From contig NC_043013.1 of NCBI RefSeq assembly GCF_006345805.1, forward strand, positions 53,878,001 to 53,942,000: 64,000 nucleotides of DNA, given 5' to 3'. Source of the DNA: Octopus sinensis. Lineage: Eukaryota. The position numbers were made by a program, and so were the translations under genes. Position 1 is the first letter of the stretch. Every line of letters begins with the position of its first letter. The notes below the pieces were generated by a model, which made no database searches, was not told the origin of the DNA, and worked only from the letters and a program-made list of their open reading frames with translations. Shown piece after piece: positions 22,405-35,053 of the stretch.

Positions 22405-24379
22405 TATATATACATATATCTCATTTTACAAATGGTAGATAGCCATTTCATATATAATAAATATTTTTTGAATTATGCTTAAGTCACTGTTCGCAACCTC
22501 CAACAAGGATTTTTGGATGAAATATTGTTACTTCTTGAAATTTACTTCGGGTAGCAGTGCTGTAATTCTACTTCCAATAAAACCTGTTCTCCCCGACACA
22601 CTTCAAATACTGGTTCACAAATATATTGTTTCTTCTCTCTTGAACAAGTGAGCTCTATTCTGTCTCATCTGAGCCACAAATTGTCGCTCAAGCTGTCTTT
22701 CACCTTCCATTCCCAACACTGAACATTTTCCCAATACTTCATCTCAGAACTCTGAACCTATTGAGCAACAATTCTCTTCCTCTCTATATTTTGCCTACAG
22801 ATATTGACATACATATATATTCAAACCTGTACACTCCTGCTATTGATATCGCTATTATGGTGGAGTTTACTAAGGCCAAAGGTTAAGGCCAATGCTCTTC
22901 TCACCAACTCATAAAAATAATATCTTCATCAGAAATATTGAAAATGGAGAGAAAACAAAGTGTTGTTAACTTTCCTTCATCTCGGAGTAAATTTTAACCA
23001 ATTTTCCAGCTTTAGTTTAGTTAAAATAATAGCATATGAGAAATAAAAGCAATAAGTGCCAAAATCGGGATGAACTGAGGCTGAACTTTACCAAATATGT
23101 TAAAAATTACGAGATTACCTGAATTAAAAACAAAAAAAAAAGGAAAAAGAATGTTAAGTGCTGACCTTTTCTCAACCTATTGCAACTAATTGCTTGGTAT
23201 TAGTTTCTGGAAGAATTTAATCTGTATGACAACTATATTATCCATGCAATAGCTGGCAATAGATTCAATATAATTCTCTCATTATTAAGTATAGCAACCA
23301 AAATATTATTAGATCTTTACAGTATTTTCCTCAGCTCTTGGAAATTCTTGGTGATTGCAATCTGATGAATGTTTTCCTTGAAGGTTCAATTAAACGAACG
23401 ATCAGTACAGGTATAGGCGGTGAGGATGATGGAAAGAGATAGTAATCTCCGTCGTAGCTCTCTTATCCAAAGTCTGTAAATATTAAATATTTGCTGCCAG
23501 ACATTGCCAATATATTTTCTACTACAAATACAATAACCAGTTCTTTTTCTTATTTTTGGTAAATATTTCTCTGTTTATCTTTTTCCGTAGTATAGCAAAC
23601 ATGTAAACAGTATGTAGTTTCTTCAAAATTTCCTTACAATTCACAAAGCACTAAGCAAATGTTGCCATAGTCCTCCATATCTAACTAAATAATGTACTGC
23701 AAATGGTTTTATGTTTAGGCAAGTGTTGTTTCACAGATTCTCCCTCTCTCTCTCACTCTCTCTCTCTCTCTCTCTCTACTTTATCAAAGTGCAGTTTGGT
23801 TAGATGTTCATTATTCACCTTTGAAAATATATTTCAAGTACTTTCTATAAAGAATTCTCAGTCTAAATTCTTCAAATGATGTTTGCCGAGAATGTGCCCC
23901 ATTTCACTTTCATAAGACAGATCCATGATTTTGATGAATGACTTTTAGGTGCAGGCAAGGCTATGGTGGTTTATAACTCCTTACTTTGTAACCACATGGT
24001 TTCAGAATTAGTCCCACTGCATGGGCAAGTATCCTGTGGTTATGCATAGGATGACAATTACCTCATGAGTGAAGTTGTTTGTTACTTATATGCATAATGT
24101 GTGCATGAATGCTGATACCCGATGCCTTTCCTTGAGTGGAACAATGATATGCTTACATTTCTATGATCCTTTGTTCTCGGATTTTAAAGAGCTGTGGAAT
24201 AATAAATCTTTTACTTAAGAAACAGGTAGCGATTGATGCCAAGAAGAGGATCCAGCTGTAAAATCCCAACCCTTATCCCTATCCAACTCCTTCTTGCATT
24301 GATAAGCAGATGTTGATGTAACAAAATTAAGGGTTTTGTAATGGTTTACAAAAAGGGTTTTGTAGCACATTAGGAGGTC

Positions 24380-24846
24380 ACAGGAACTCATTCAACAGAA
24401 ACAAAAATTTCCAATGATTCCGGGATGGAGGAGGGGGCCTCGCCCTACCCCGCTTTTTTTCTGAACCAAAATAAGGGATTTGCAGCATATTATGAGGTCA
24501 GGGTACTTGATTCCATGCAAAAAATCTGAGTTTTTTTCTTAATGAAAATCGTGTGGGTGTTAATCTAAAAATTTACCCTTTGTTTTTCTTTCTCGCCATT
24601 GCTAGACGGGTGACTTAACTCATTTTAGCAAACTTATGGATTTCACTGACGTGGAAATTGGTAAAAGTTATGGTTGAAAATCAATTTTTACCACTATCCA
24701 CAGGTGCCTCGGGGAGAATAAGTTGACAAAAGCACAGCCATGATCGTGACCAATGTCCTCCTAAAATTGGAGCAACATGCATGCTAATTTGTGGATGTGC
24801 ATAAATTACATTCACACACACATCCTGCCTTTTATAGATATACAGA
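24380..24846 (-). mobile_element. Non-autonomous Helitron-like element, 5' end at 24846
   Basis: Minus strand starts TCTGTATATCTATAAAAGGCAG-atgtgtgtgtg, the same style of 5' end as 17380 and 55193. The 3' end was not resolved. Confidence 0.5.
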
Positions 24847-25669
24847 CGTTTAGGTTTGCCAGTTTCAACAAGTATAATTCTGAAAGAAATAACTTCTATT
24901 TAAATCTTGGTAATTATTTCAACTTAGATGGTCTAGCTTTGACTTCATAAGCAAACAGCAATGTTAAATGGTAAATTTCATGTTTTAATCTTTGAGCACA
25001 CTGCATATTTTATACAGACTCTTTTTATTGATAAATATTCAGATAACATGATTTACTTGAAAATAGTGTTTCTGAAATATTTTCGCAGTAAACACATATT
25101 TGTGTTTTTTTAACTGGGTTATTTAGAAAGCTCTCCTAGCATGTTATAGTGTGTACTGAAACTCCTTTTAATTTCAGCTTCTGTGAGTTCCTAAGCTTTT
25201 TGATTGATTGTTTCTAAACCAATAATATAATGGTTAAAATTAGAAATATAACTTTACTGTTCAGTCAGACTTTCCAATCTCGAATGCAACTAACTTATTT
25301 AAATTATTTATCTATTTGTCACCAAATATATATTTCATCTATTTGGTAGAATAACGACAGTAATATGTCTTGCAACGAGTAAGCTGCCAAACAAAAATTA
25401 TTTGCAGTTCCAACAGCAGTTTGCTTTATTTCTAATGGAACTTAGCAAAATGCTACAGTCTAAATGTTTCCTCCATCTCGGTACCTTTGGCTCTTTCTGC
25501 TTACACATCATCTGTGTTATTCTTGTATATTATTATTATTTTTACTGGTTATTAGACTACAGCTATATTTTATTGCCACTTTTGATTAAACACTCATCTT
25601 ATTTTAACTTGAGATGTTGTTGAACTCATAAACATTTTCATAAACCAAAACAGGTGTGTATATATGCTC

Positions 25670-25920
25670 CTGTGCAGGTGGCACATAAAAAACACCATTT
25701 GAGCATGACTGTTGCCAGTACCACGTGACTGGCCCTCGTGCTGGTGGCACGGAAAAGCACCCACTACACTCTCGGAGTGGTTGGCATTAGGAAGGGCATC
25801 CAGCTGTAGAAACTTTGCCAGATCAGATTGGAGCCTGGTGCAGCCATCTGGCTCGCCAGTTCTCAGTCAAACCGTCCAACCCATGCCAGCATGGAAAGTG
25901 GACGTTAAATGATGATGATA
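25670..25920 (+). mobile_element. RTE-type 3' end with (GAT)n tail
   Basis: aagcacccactacactctcggagtggttggcattaggaagggcatccagctgtagaaac...ccatgccagcatggaaagtggacgttaaatgatgatgat. Confidence 0.85.
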
Positions 25921-26520
25921 TATATATATGTGTGTCATAAATGACAGAAGTAGTTTGATGAAATTTTATTATTATACAACAAGAAGATTCAACTATATTG
26001 ACAAATTATTTCATAACTAAAAACCATGTAAATAATTTTATATACATTAAGGAGCTTCTTATTTGGTGTCCCTGCTCTCATTGACTGATGTGCAGAGGCT
26101 TTATCTTACTTCACTTCTACTAATGGATGCCCTTCATTTCACCAGTCACTTTACAGTGTGTGTACAAGGTATATTTTGTGGCACTTGCCCTAGTAAGAAA
26201 ACACTAAAGAATGTTCTTGGCTTCACAGTTTCTCTGTTCATTTACCAATCAATTCATAAAGTGTTTCATGTGCAATTTACCATGGTACCAGCTGTACAAA
26301 GGTTGTAGATTTCTTATGATAATACTAACAGGACTCCTTGCCTCCAGATTCAGCAATCACTCTAAACTTTTTCTCAAGTTGGGTGGCACTGCTACCTGAA
26401 AATGGAGTTGACTCATTTTATATGAGTACTGGTGGCTGCTAGGAAGGCAATTGATGCACCCATATAACTTTAAAGTATTTTTCCCCTTATTTAAACATTA
26501 ACTATAAAAGAATTAGATGT

Positions 26521-26833
26521 TCATCATCATCATCATCGTTTAACGTCCACTTTCCATGTTGTCATGGGTTGGACAATTTTGACTGAGGTTTGGCGAACCA
26601 GATGGCTGCACCAGGCTCCAATCTTGATCTGGCAGAGTTTCTACAGCTGGATGCCCTTCCTAACGCCAACCACTCCAAGAGCGTAGTGGGTGCTTTTTAC
26701 ATACCACCGGCACGGGGACCAGTCAGGCGGTACTGGCAATGACCTCGCTCAAATCCTTTTACACATGTCACTGGCACAGGTGCTAGTAAGGCGACGTTGG
26801 TAACGATCACGCTCGAATGGTGCCCTTTTACGT
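26521..26833 (-). mobile_element. RTE-type 3' end with (GAT)n tail
   Basis: Reverse complement of the same tail. A more degenerate copy lies at ~27280-27425. Confidence 0.85.
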
Positions 26834-28368
26834 TATATTACAATAAACTGCTTGCTTTCCACAATGACAACTATGAATTGAATATAAAGATAAATTTTAA
26901 CTGGTGACTACAGAGATATTTATGAAAATCAAAAGACGCCTGATTTGGCCAAAACTACTTGCTAGATATTTGGTAAAAGATTTAGGTCAAGAAGTGGTGA
27001 GAAATATTTGCTTGGAGTGGTGTTGTGGCAAGTTGTCATCTGCCTGAAACTAAATTACTTGTGTTTGATATTACACATATGCATATTTAAAAAGTGGGAG
27101 AACTGAATCATAGCAAGGGTGCAATGAAAAAACAATATAAGTGGTAGTAGAAAAAGTTTGAGGTGCTCTGTTCTGTAGAGTTCTCTGGGTTCATTTTATC
27201 ATGGCCATTGAACCAGCACAAGAGAGGTTACCTTGTACACTGTAGGTGTAAAGAATACTCAATACTCTAAGTACTCTATCATCCTCATCCTCATCACTGT
27301 TTAACATCCACCCTCCATGCTGGTATGAGTTGGACAGCTTGACAAGAGCCTGCCAAGCAGAAGCCTGCACCAGACTTCTGTAACTATTTTGGTAGGATTT
27401 TTATGACCACTCAGCAGAGTGGACTCTAAGATTCAGTCAAGATAGTGTGAGCAAGAAGGGGAATAGGAGAGAAGTGGATAACTGAAAAGGTGAGTGAAGG
27501 AAGCAAGTGTATGGAACTAGCAGCAAAATGATTGGATTGAAGACAGGTAGGGAGAAATGGGTAATAGCAGAGGTGGATAGAAGCAAGAGTTAGTAGATGA
27601 CAATTGTAGACTAGCAGAGAGAATGATGATTGGCAGTACTTGGTGCAAACAGGTCTGAAGAGTCCTTAATATATAAGCCTAGTGATGAGTGAGAGAGACG
27701 GTGGTAGAGATTGGATGTGGATAGGTCTTCATGTGATGGATAACAGAGTGATGGTGTGAGATGGGAGGGTGTCAAGGATGTAGTGATCGGGCCTAGAATT
27801 AGTTGGACACACATGAAAGCTTCTGAGTAGTTTCCTTGTACATTTGCAAGGTGATGGCTATCCAGGACTGTAAGGGGGATACTTGCACAATGTACTATGC
27901 AGTAGGAAGGAGCCATGGGGTTAGTTAGCATTTTTCTTAATCTCACACCTATGCCTTAATTTCTCAAGAACATCCTGTCTCTAGAGGCCAACATTCCAGT
28001 TTTTTTTTTTTTTCAGTTTCAAAGTTTTGTTTCCGTTTCTGTTTCCCTACAGTATTTTGCTTTTTAATGATGACTGTCTCATTAATCATATGTCTTACTA
28101 ATCATTTAATGCTACCACTTTAAAAAAAAATAATAATAAACAAGTAAAATAAAAAAGCAACTGTTTATGAACATTTATTTAGTTTATCAAATGCAAGTAT
28201 CTATTCTGCTTCACATTCAGGAAAAACCTACAAAAAACTGTTTTTCTTATATTTTTCAACACACAAAATTGATTCAAAACTGATTTGCTACTTGATATTC
28301 TACTTGAGTATTTGTGAATGATCATAATGGAAATTGTTTGAAAAACTACTGCTACAACACCACCTTTC

Positions 28369-28427
<59 letters not shown>

Positions 28428-28932
28428 ATTTTGAATTGCTCGTTTCACAACTCTGAATGGAAGAATGACGTAGCTTTAAGTAACCTGTCCAGAAAGTTAC
28501 TATGCTGAAAGACAAATGTTTGATTTCTTGCGATTGGAATATGTATGGTAAAATTGACTCCAATATATTACTGACGCTTATTTTGGTAATTCTAGATAGA
28601 TGAAAGTTTTGATGTTAGGACTGCAAATAAATTTTGTTTGGCAGCCTACACTTTGCAAGACGCATTGCTGTGGTTCTATCAAATTGAGAAGACATGAAAT
28701 ATGTATTTGATGACAAGTAAATAAATAAATAATTTAAATAAGTTAGTTGCCTTGGAGATTGGAAAGTCTGATTAAACTGCAAAATTGTATTTGTAACTTT
28801 GGCTATCATATTGGTTTAGAAGAAGCACAACTCAATCAAACAAAAAGTTTAGGAACTCAAAGAAGCTGAAATTAAAGGAGTTTGCTTCAGTGCACAATAT
28901 AACATGCTAGGAAAGCTTCTTAAACAGTTCTT

Positions 28933-28989
<57 letters not shown>

Positions 28990-30449
28990 AAATTAAAAAA
29001 ATTCTGCTGTGTAAATAAAATATTTCAGAATGTCTATTTCCAAGTGCATCAAGTTATCTGAATATTTACCAATGAATAGACTGCACAAAATATACAGTGT
29101 GTGTTCAAAGATTAAAATATGAAATTTGTCATTTTTGTTTAAGTCACACACTGCACTACAAGATCAGCAAGATTTAACAATTGTAAGTAAAAGTATTTGA
29201 GAACTCCAGTGAGTTTCAACACAGTAAATTAATGTACCAGAATAGACAAAGTATGAAATTTTGCATCAGTTTTACTTTCAGTTGACTGTATGACCTTTCC
29301 ACAGAATTAAGGAATTGATATCTGTTACATATTCTGGTGAAATTTGCTGTGGTTTGGATGTTATGAACTTACTTGTTTTGCCATTTTAAAATCTTTGTAA
29401 TTCTGTAATTAAAATGATTTATGTCTCGTTATGGCACAGAATTAATGAGAATTCATTGTTACAATATAATATCATTTATCTTGCAAAGAACATAACTGAA
29501 ATGTTTCATTTATTATATCCTAACCAATTCTCAAACTTTTCTACTGATGTATTACATTAGATATCAAACAGCTTTGCTATTCACCTTCAAATTTCCATCA
29601 ATGCCTTTATGATGAGAGACCGTATTCTTTAGCGTTAACAGAAAACCATAGAACTAGAAGAGATTTGTTATTAAATTTTGTATCCAAACTCAATGGAAAT
29701 TAAATGTGTAACTAAGAACCAAATGAAAACTACCATGAAATTCTGAGTACTGTAATCCATAATATATCAAATTACCATTATGTTTAGAAATTTGATGTGA
29801 ATAGAAATGTAAAGTAGCCCATACATTGTTCTGTCTAACCATCAAATATTCCCATTATTATATGATAGCATTTGCTTTACTTAATCTTTTGAAGACTATC
29901 TTCACATTCCAAAAGCTATTTTGCTAGTGTACAATCTTTTGACATATCATTTGATTGATCTCGTCTGTTTTTCAATTTTGATATCGCTATAACTTTTTAA
30001 TCATTAAGTGAAGTTCTGTTAAATGTTTTATAGTTTGAGATATTGTTCATGCATTCCTTCATTTAATATCTGCTTTTCCATGCTGGCATGGATTGGATGA
30101 AGATGTATTGAAGCAGTATTTTATGACTGGACGTCCTTCCTATCTTTAATCCTTACTGGTTTTTAAGTAAGGCTTTTAATTTCTTCACCTGACTTCAAGG
30201 TCAGGACCACAGAATGTATTGTTTACTGTGTAAGTGTGACCTCACTGCTTTATGCATTCATACACACACACCACACATTTTGATGCAGTTTCTCACTACT
30301 CATTTCACTCACTGTGGTTGGCACAAGTATGCAGCGAGTTTGGGCTAAATTCGATAGTTTGCATAAAAGGAAAAGGAAATACAATATCTCATCCAAAAAT
30401 AAATGTATTTTTGAAAAATTAAAAAACATCAACATGATTATGACTGGGA

Positions 30450-31500
30450 GGTAAAAGTTTACTCAAGAGAGCTGCTCTCAGTTTCCTGTGTGGCCTCAAG
30501 ATGGCTCCAAAACCTGGCACATTCATCCTTCTCTGTGTCCCTGGGAAGATCTTTCAACAATTTCTTGAACTTGGCCACTAGCTTAGCCATAGTGTAGCAG
30601 GCAGTGTTTTGTGCCTTTCTCAGCAGTGGCCCACACATTGTAATCCATGGAATTACAGCCGAGGGATTAGAAGGCGAGAAATTAAGGCTGGTGGAGTTGT
30701 AGAAATTCTCTGATAACAACTTCTAACTCTTTCCATAGGCATGGCAAGAAGCTGAATCCTGCTGCTACACATATGGCCCTCCAGCTGTGACCTTCTCCAG
30801 TCAGAGTTTGACCACTGTCTGTAGCAGCTTTGCAATGCTGTCTAAACTGAGCCTAGAGCCTTATTCAAAAGGTGTCGGGTACCATAACACCACCTTACTA
30901 GAAACACACCCAAAGATCACAGTTTGTGGGTACTTGGTTTTCATACGTGGGACATTACATGGATTGTAGGCAAGCCACCTGTTCTCCTGGGTATTATGCA
31001 ACTGGTCCTGGCATTTCTTTTCGTTTAAGAAGAACCAGATCATCCCTGGTGCAGCAGACTGCATCAGCTTGTTCAGGAGCTTCTTTGCCTTTGTTAAGCG
31101 GTTCTCCTTGGCTTTGGCTGTCACAATTTGTTCCTTGTGCCTCTTATAAGCATGTTAGTGAAGGTCCTCATTCAGGGCCAAACTCCAGATTCCCTTGGAT
31201 CTTTCATCACCTTGTTCTGCAGTTGATGGATGAATTCTAACATGTAGATGCAGTAGGATCACCTGTGTTGTTCCTGCTGGCCACGGCCCTGTAGTCTCTA
31301 TTGCAGCTGTCCATGTCATATTTCACAGCCTTTTCACTGTTCACTGAGTATTGAGAAGAAGTCATGATGTCGGCATTTTGGTATCCGGTGCAAATCATCA
31401 TGATGCCGGTAACTCTTTTCCAATATTCAAAAGGCTTCCAGTTCTCCGAGTCAGCTAACTTTTTCTCAACTACAGTTTTACTCTTTAAACTTTTCCAGTG
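30450..31500 (-). pseudogene. Tc1/mariner superfamily transposase fossil (DD37D/maT-like)
   Basis: AKENRLTKAKKLLNKL...MIWFFLNEKK.QDQLHNTQENRWLA..P.NVPRMKTKYPQTVIFGCVSS, and a decayed PPSSPDLNP.DY region. Same family as 51193-52351. Confidence 0.75.
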
Positions 31501-31911
31501 CTGTTAATTGTTTGCTAATGCATCAAGATATTCCTGAAGAAGGAGATGCATCATATTGTCAGATTTAATCCAAACACTCTGTACAGTAAAAGACACTTGC
31601 TTGAGGTACAGTTGCACTGAATGTGAAAGCATAGGATAAGTGAATTTCTTAAAAATACAACCAGAAGTGCAATAAATAAAAACCAAAGCAGGCAAGCAAG
31701 AGATATTCTTTTACAGTCATTTGACTGCAGCCATGCTGGAGCACTGCCTTTTATTCGAACAAATCGATCCCAGGACTTATTGTTTGTAAGCCTAGTACTT
31801 ATTTTATCAGTTCTTTTTGCTGAACTGTTAAGTTACGGGGGACATAAACACACCAGCACCGGTTGTCAAGCGATGTTGGACGGACTGACACACAAACATA
31901 TATATATATAT

Positions 31912-34889
31912 ACTAACTTCAGGAAACCTACCAGCCACCTAGTCACTTACCGATCGGGCCAACATACCAGCCAAATTGACTACATCCCTGCAAGGCAAAG
32001 GGAGAGATGGCTGCTTATAAATGCCAAAACCTTCCCAGGCGAAGAATGTACCCCACAACATAGACTGGTAGTTAGTGACTTTAGGATCAAGACTAGGAGG
32101 ACAACCAGAAGACGACCAATATGGAGAAGAAGGATCTGGAAGCTTAAAGATCCTGCAAATGGACAGAGATTTAGGGACATATTACTTGAAGCCTTTGACG
32201 AAGTAGAAGGGGATAGAGCATCACAGGGGGTAGAAGACAACTGGACGTTTCTAAGGGACAACCTGCTGAGAGCCACTGACCAGATCTGTGGTTGGTGCAA
32301 AGTCCCCTCTCGACCTAGAATAACGTGGTGGTGGAACAATATTGTAGACAGGGCTATTAGAGAAAAGAGACAGGCTTGGAAGGTCTGGAAAAATGGGGGT
32401 AGCAGGGAATTGCATCAGACTGCCAAAAGAGAAGCTAGGAGACAGGTTTATTTAGCCAGAGGGGAAGCAGATAAGAAAAAAATTGCCAATGTTCTGCCCG
32501 TGAGGACCAAAGACTGGAGGTGTTTCGCGTTGCAAGACAGTGTGTGAGAGAGAATCGTGATGTGGTAGGAGAGAAGTGTGTTCGCATGGAAGATGGTTCA
32601 CTTGCGCTAAATGAGGATGCAAATAGAGAGGTTTGGAGACGCCACTATGAAAGGTTGCTGAATAAAGAAAATGAATGGGATAAAGAGAGTCTGCCGAATG
32701 TCAACCCAACAGAGGGACCAGCTATCCGAGTTGATAGTTCCTTGGTAGTTAAGGCAATTAGAAGCATGAAGACAGGGAAAGCCCCAAGCCCATCAGGAAT
32801 CACTGCAGAGATGCTCAAAATGTCTGGTAGTGTCAGCTATAGCCTAGTCACCCGTATAGTTAATCAGGTGATACACAAAGGAGTCATACCCAATGACTGG
32901 TTTAGCAGCATAATAGTCAACTGCTACAAAGGTAAAGGTGATGCCCTAGATACAAATAACTACAGAGGTATCAAGCTGTTGGATCAGGTGATGAAGGTTA
33001 CGGAGAGGGTCATAGCCCAACTAATTAGAGAGAGAGTTAGTTTAGATGAGATGCAGTTTGGGTTTGTGCCAGGGAAAAGTACCACTGATGCTATATTCCT
33101 GGTAAGGCAGCTGCAGGAGAAATATCTAGCCAAAGATAAGCCCCTGTACCTGGCTTTTGTTGACATGGAGAAAGCCTTCGACAGGGTCCCCCGATCCCTT
33201 ATCTGGTGGTCAATGAGGAAACTAGGGATAGATGAATGGTTAGTGAGAGCTGTGCGGGCCATGTATAGGGATGCTGCTAGTAAGGTGAGGGTTGGCAACG
33301 AGTACAGTGAAGAATTCCAGGTGGAGGTAGGGGTCCACCAAGGCTCAGTCCTCAGCCCCCTCCTATTTATCATAGTCCTCCATGCAATAACGGAGGAATT
33401 CAAGACAGGATGCCCTTGGGAGCTCCTTTATGCTGATGACCTTGCTCTAATTGCTGAGTTGCTATCAGAACTGCAGGAGAAGTTTCAGGTGTGGAAACAA
33501 GGATTAGAATCGAAGGGCCTCAGCATCAATCTAGCTAAAACCAAAGTACTAATCAGTAGGAAGGTAGACAAATCACAAACGCCTTCAGGTAGATGGCCCT
33601 GCTCGATCTGAGAAAAGGTGTAGGTAGAAACTCTATAAGATGCACCAAGTGTAAGCTATGGACACATAAGAGGTGCAGCAATGTCAAAGGAAGGCTAACT
33701 AGGAAGATAGTTTTTGTATGTGGCAGATGTTCAGGAACAATAAACACTGAAAATGCTCTGAGACCAACTTCCGTCACTTTCCAGGGAGAAAAACTAGAAA
33801 TAGTTGATAGTTTCCGTTACCTAGGTGACCAAGTCAGCAGCGGGGGCGGGTGTGCTGAAAGTGTAACTGCTAGAGTAAGAATAGCTTGGGCAAAGTTCAG
33901 AGAGCTCTTACCTCTGCTGGTGACAAAAGGCCTCTCGCACAGAGTAAAAGGCAGACTGTATGATGCATGTGTACGACAGCCATGCTACATGGCAGTGAAA
34001 CATGGGCCGTGTAAGCTCGCAAGAAATGAAGCCAGTATGCTCCGATGGATGTGTAATGTCAGTACTCATACTCGGCAGAGTGTAAGTACCTTGAGAGAAA
34101 AGCTGGACCTAAGAAGCATCAGTTGTGGTGTGCAAGAGAGACGTTTGCGCTGGTATGGTCATGTGGCGAGAATGGATGAAGATAGTTGTGTGAAAAAGTG
34201 CCACACCCTAGCGGTTGAGGGAACCTGCGGAAGAGGCAGACCCAGGAAAACCTGGGACGAGGTGGTGAAGCACGACCTTCGAACTTTAGGTCTCACTGAG
34301 GAAATGACTAGAGACCGAGTCCTCTGGAAGTGTGCTGTGCGCGAGAAGACCCGGCAGGACAAGTGAGTCCATAACCCGTGGCCTTCTACATGGGATGGAG
34401 CCAGCCTACGTATGCATACCTTCCCTTCTTGGGACACAAAACTCTACTTGTGAAGACCTGTGAGGATCAGAATCGAAATCGATCAATGGAAATTGCAGAT
34501 GTGTTACCAGTGCCGGTGGCATGTAAGAGAACCATCCGTTTCGCGACCGTTGCCAGCACCGCCCCGACTGGCCTCGTGCCGGTGGCATGTAAAAAGCACC
34601 ATCCGTTCGTGTCCATTGCCAGCCTCGCCTGGCCCCCGTGCCAGTGGCACATAAAAAGCACTATCTGTTCGTGGCTATTTGCCAGCTCTGTCTGACACCT
34701 GTGCGGGTGGCACGTAAAAAGCACCCACTACACTCACGGGGTGGTTGGCGTTAGGAAGGGCATCCAGCCGTAGAAACACTACCAGATCTGACTGGGCCTG
34801 ATGAAGCCTTCTGGCTTCACAGACCCCAGTTGAACCGTCCAACCCATGCTAGCATGGAAAACGGACGCTAAATGATGATGATGATGATG

Positions 34890-34891
<2 letters not shown>
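31912..34891 (+). mobile_element. 5'-truncated RTE-clade LINE: APE endonuclease C-terminus, RT, PHD-like zinc finger, 3' UTR and (GAT)n tail; about three frameshifts
   Basis: SQIDYI...QHRLVV (endonuclease), then NYRGIKLL, QFGFVPGKSTTDAIF, FVDMEKAFDRV, GVHQGSVLSPLLF and LYADDLAL. After these come CSI/C...CTKCKLWTHKRC...CGRC, FRYLGD, RRLRWYGHV and GRGRPRKTW. The tail is gatgatgatga. Confidence 0.95.
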
Positions 34892-34916
<25 letters not shown>

Positions 34917-34920
<4 letters not shown>

Positions 34921-35053
34921 TGTCCCAAAAGTTCGTTGAAAGTCTTGGAAAATAATGGTCTTTATTTTGAGGAATAATTTTTGTTGTTTTTGTTAGTACT
35001 TGGCGAGTAAAAATTCAATTTTTGCAAGTGTTTACGAACTTTTGGGACAACCT
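34917..35053. mobile_element. 137-bp mariner-type MITE
   Basis: Perfect 20-bp TIR aggttgtcccaaaagttcgt / acgaacttttgggacaacct in a TA context. Confidence 0.85.

Noticed and set aside
28615-28760. ALLWFYQIE motif resembling the N-terminus of Gypsy gag
   Set aside because: Too short and decayed, with no LTR or pol sequence nearby.
32984-33403. 139-aa minus-strand ORF
   Set aside because: Antisense shadow of the RTE reverse transcriptase.
34798-34822. CTGATGA-agcc-ttct-ggct, a hammerhead-like start in the RTE 3' UTR
   Set aside because: No GAAA follows the stem, and other copies read cctggtgcagcc, so the core is a chance variant.
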